Part shown: piece after piece, positions 57,732 through 58,949 of the stretch
Numbering within the stretch: the stretch's first letter is position 1
Layout of the letters: every line of letters begins with the position of its first letter
Source: a virus
Virus record (IMG/VR): IMGVR_UViG_3300049049_000112
Span: 1-58,949 of that record
DNA: 58,949 nucleotides
Reading direction: 5' to 3' (one strand)
Position numbers and translations under genes: made by a program
The notes under the pieces: model-generated
The model's database searches: none
The model's input: only the letters and a program-made list of their open reading frames with translations
What the model was told of the DNA's origin: nothing

Positions 57732-58373
57732 GTGACTTGGGCAACTACAAAAGAGGCGTGTCGGCTCGCCATCGCTGCCGCTCTTGACCTGGACGACTAC
57801 ACCGGGGCGGACGGCGTAGTCGGCGGCATTCACAAAGTAGAATGGGCGAACAAGCAAAAGGCTGTTCGCTACCTGAACAACGACAGCGCCTGGGCGGACC
57901 TGCGGATGGGGGCAATCGTAGCCCAGGGCACAGACGAGATCCGTTACGAGTACGTGGCCGGCGCGACGGCAGCGCTCAGCCGCAACGTGCCGACCTACGC
58001 AGGCAGGCGCTTGTTCTCGGTGCAGGTTCTGATCGGCGTGGAGTCGCAGGAGGACGCCGAGGAGGCCGTAGGCACGCTGGCGGGCAGGCTCCGCACTCGC
58101 CTACGTCGAGTCGAGATCCTGGCCATCCTGCAAGACGCAGGCGTGGCCTTGCGCAGCATCGGCCCTACCGTGGACGCCGACTACCGGAACAGGGACGGGC
58201 ACTGGGTCTCGGCCTCGATCACGGAGATCTTCCTAGCCCGCACCGAGCAGGACACGGACGAAGACAACGCGGGCGACTTCATCACCGAGACCTCGGGCAC
58301 GAGCGAGCTCACCCGGACAGACGGCACGACAGCCGAAGGGGACTTCGAGGTCGTCTATGTGGAGCCGCAGTAG
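57732..58373 (+). CDS. Putative neck/tail-terminator protein
   Basis: 213 aa; assigned by position after the gp10-like gene; no diagnostic motif recognised. Confidence 0.45.
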   Translation: MTWATTKEACRLAIAAALDLDDYTGADGVVGGIHKVEWANKQKAVRYLNNDSAWADLRMGAIVAQGTDEIRYEYVAGATAALSRNVPTYAGRRLFSVQVLIGVESQEDAEEAVGTLAGRLRTRLRRVEILAILQDAGVALRSIGPTVDADYRNRDGHWVSASITEIFLARTEQDTDEDNAGDFITETSGTSELTRTDGTTAEGDFEVVYVEPQ

Positions 58374-58395
58374 GTAGTATCGCCCGTGCTATCCT
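58374..58395 (+). promoter_or_regulatory. Late promoter box GTAGTATCG-N4-TGCTATCCT, 6 nt before ATG 58402 (leaderless)
   Basis: gtagtatcgcccgtgctatcct-gggagt-ATG. Confidence 0.6.
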
Positions 58396-58401
58396 GGGAG
58401 T

Positions 58402-58755
58402 ATGAGTGACGCCCCGGTAAAGATTGACCAGCTCGGCGCACGGATGGCTGCCGTTACTACCGGCACGCAAGAGTCGATCGACTTGACGACGCTGGGGCGT
58501 CGATGGATCAAGGTCTGGGCGGACCAGGACTTCTACTACTTCATGGCGCCCGGTTCGAGCGTGGTGACGTACGCCATGGACACGGCAGCGGCGGACAAGG
58601 CGCTCGGCTCGCTCATTCCGTTCGAGTGCGCCAGCGGCGCTGCGGGGCAGCCCGTTCTCGTGGACCCGAAATACCCTTGGCTGCACGTCAAGGCGAAGAC
58701 GGCCACAGCGCAGATTCAGATCAAGACGACGTCTGACGCGCAGAGCGACGAGTAA
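58402..58755 (+). CDS. Hypothetical virion-module protein (117 aa)
   Basis: Intact ORF with a leaderless-type start. Confidence 0.55.
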   Translation: MSDAPVKIDQLGARMAAVTTGTQESIDLTTLGRRWIKVWADQDFYYFMAPGSSVVTYAMDTAAADKALGSLIPFECASGAAGQPVLVDPKYPWLHVKAKTATAQIQIKTTSDAQSDE

Positions 58756-58758
58756 CCC

Positions 58759-58949
58759 GTGGCGCGCTTCTCCCCGTCCGTCGAGCGTTTTCGACGCCCT
58801 CGAGCGGTGTCGGTGTACCGCCGTGGCGAGCGCATCGCGCCTCCCGAGGAGGTGGAGTTCGTGATCGTCTCTGGGGGCACAGGCGTGACCGCCACCGAGG
58901 TCACGATCGACGGTCTCTCTTCGCCGGACCTCGGCGGCGGGACGTTCGC
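58759..58949 (+). CDS. 5' part of the 85-aa junction-spanning ORF (continues at 1..194)
   Basis: GTG 3 nt after the upstream TAA; the frame continues through the 127-nt overlap. Confidence 0.5.
   Translation, partial: MARFSPSVERFRRPRAVSVYRRGERIAPPEEVEFVIVSGGTGVTATEVTIDGLSSPDLGGGTF
58823..58949. repeat. Second copy of the 127-nt terminal overlap
   Basis: Identical to 1..127. Confidence 0.95.

Noticed and set aside
1-58949. A diversity-generating retroelement or retron near the fibre genes or in the structured non-coding regions.
   Set aside because: No ORF on either strand shows reverse-transcriptase motifs (no YxDD-containing candidate). I saw no template/variable repeat pair matching the fibre C-termini.

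Overview
The window is a complete, circularly closed genome (58,822 bp unique; positions 1..127 are identical to 58823..58949) of a high-GC, temperate, contractile-tailed phage or prophage-derived element. I found no rRNA, no CRISPR array and no complete tRNA.

Layout:
- A rightward late/structural arm runs from about 43.9 kb through the contig junction to 17.25 kb. It holds small DNA-binding genes, terS, terL, portal, MuF-like, protease/scaffold, decoration and major capsid genes, then neck genes, a 904-aa fibre plus LamG protein, sheath, tube, chaperone with a -1 frameshift, tape measure, baseplate, a Gly-rich fibre and the lysis genes.
- A leftward early arm runs from 38.15 kb down to 17.4 kb. 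It holds a primase/helicase-like gene, a 2OG-Fe oxygenase, a Cas4-like nuclease, an SNF2 helicase, MazG, a metallophosphoesterase, a second dNTP-pyrophosphatase-like gene, an SprT-like gene, family A DNA polymerase, a RuvC-like gene, ATP ligase, xis and int.
- A lower-GC accessory island (38.2-43.9 kb) holds small genes bracketed by two dense non-coding repeat modules.

Main observations:
1. An extended -10 box (TGnTAnnnT) lies 4-7 nt before many start codons. This implies a largely leaderless late regulon. Five sites carry a GTAGTATCG upstream element.
2. A separate class of TTGACT-N17/18-(T/G)AGnnT early promoters carries the ACTACG-NN-CGTAGT palindrome at 3 of 4 sites.
3. Three endonuclease VII-type HNH paralogs, one catalytic-domain-less relative and a NUMOD3-only protein are inserted in the virion module.
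4. There are iteron-like repeat arrays, an AT-rich doublet, a phased 10-bp repeat and a 9-copy GCACTC array.
5. Unusual cargo includes an alpha/beta hydrolase between tube and chaperone, a holin-like/lipobox metzincin next to the amidase, many lipobox or transmembrane mini-ORFs below the 60-aa track cut-off, a very acidic protein and a very basic protein.

Functional calls come from motifs read in the translations and from recalled family resemblance. No database search was run. The host is unknown.
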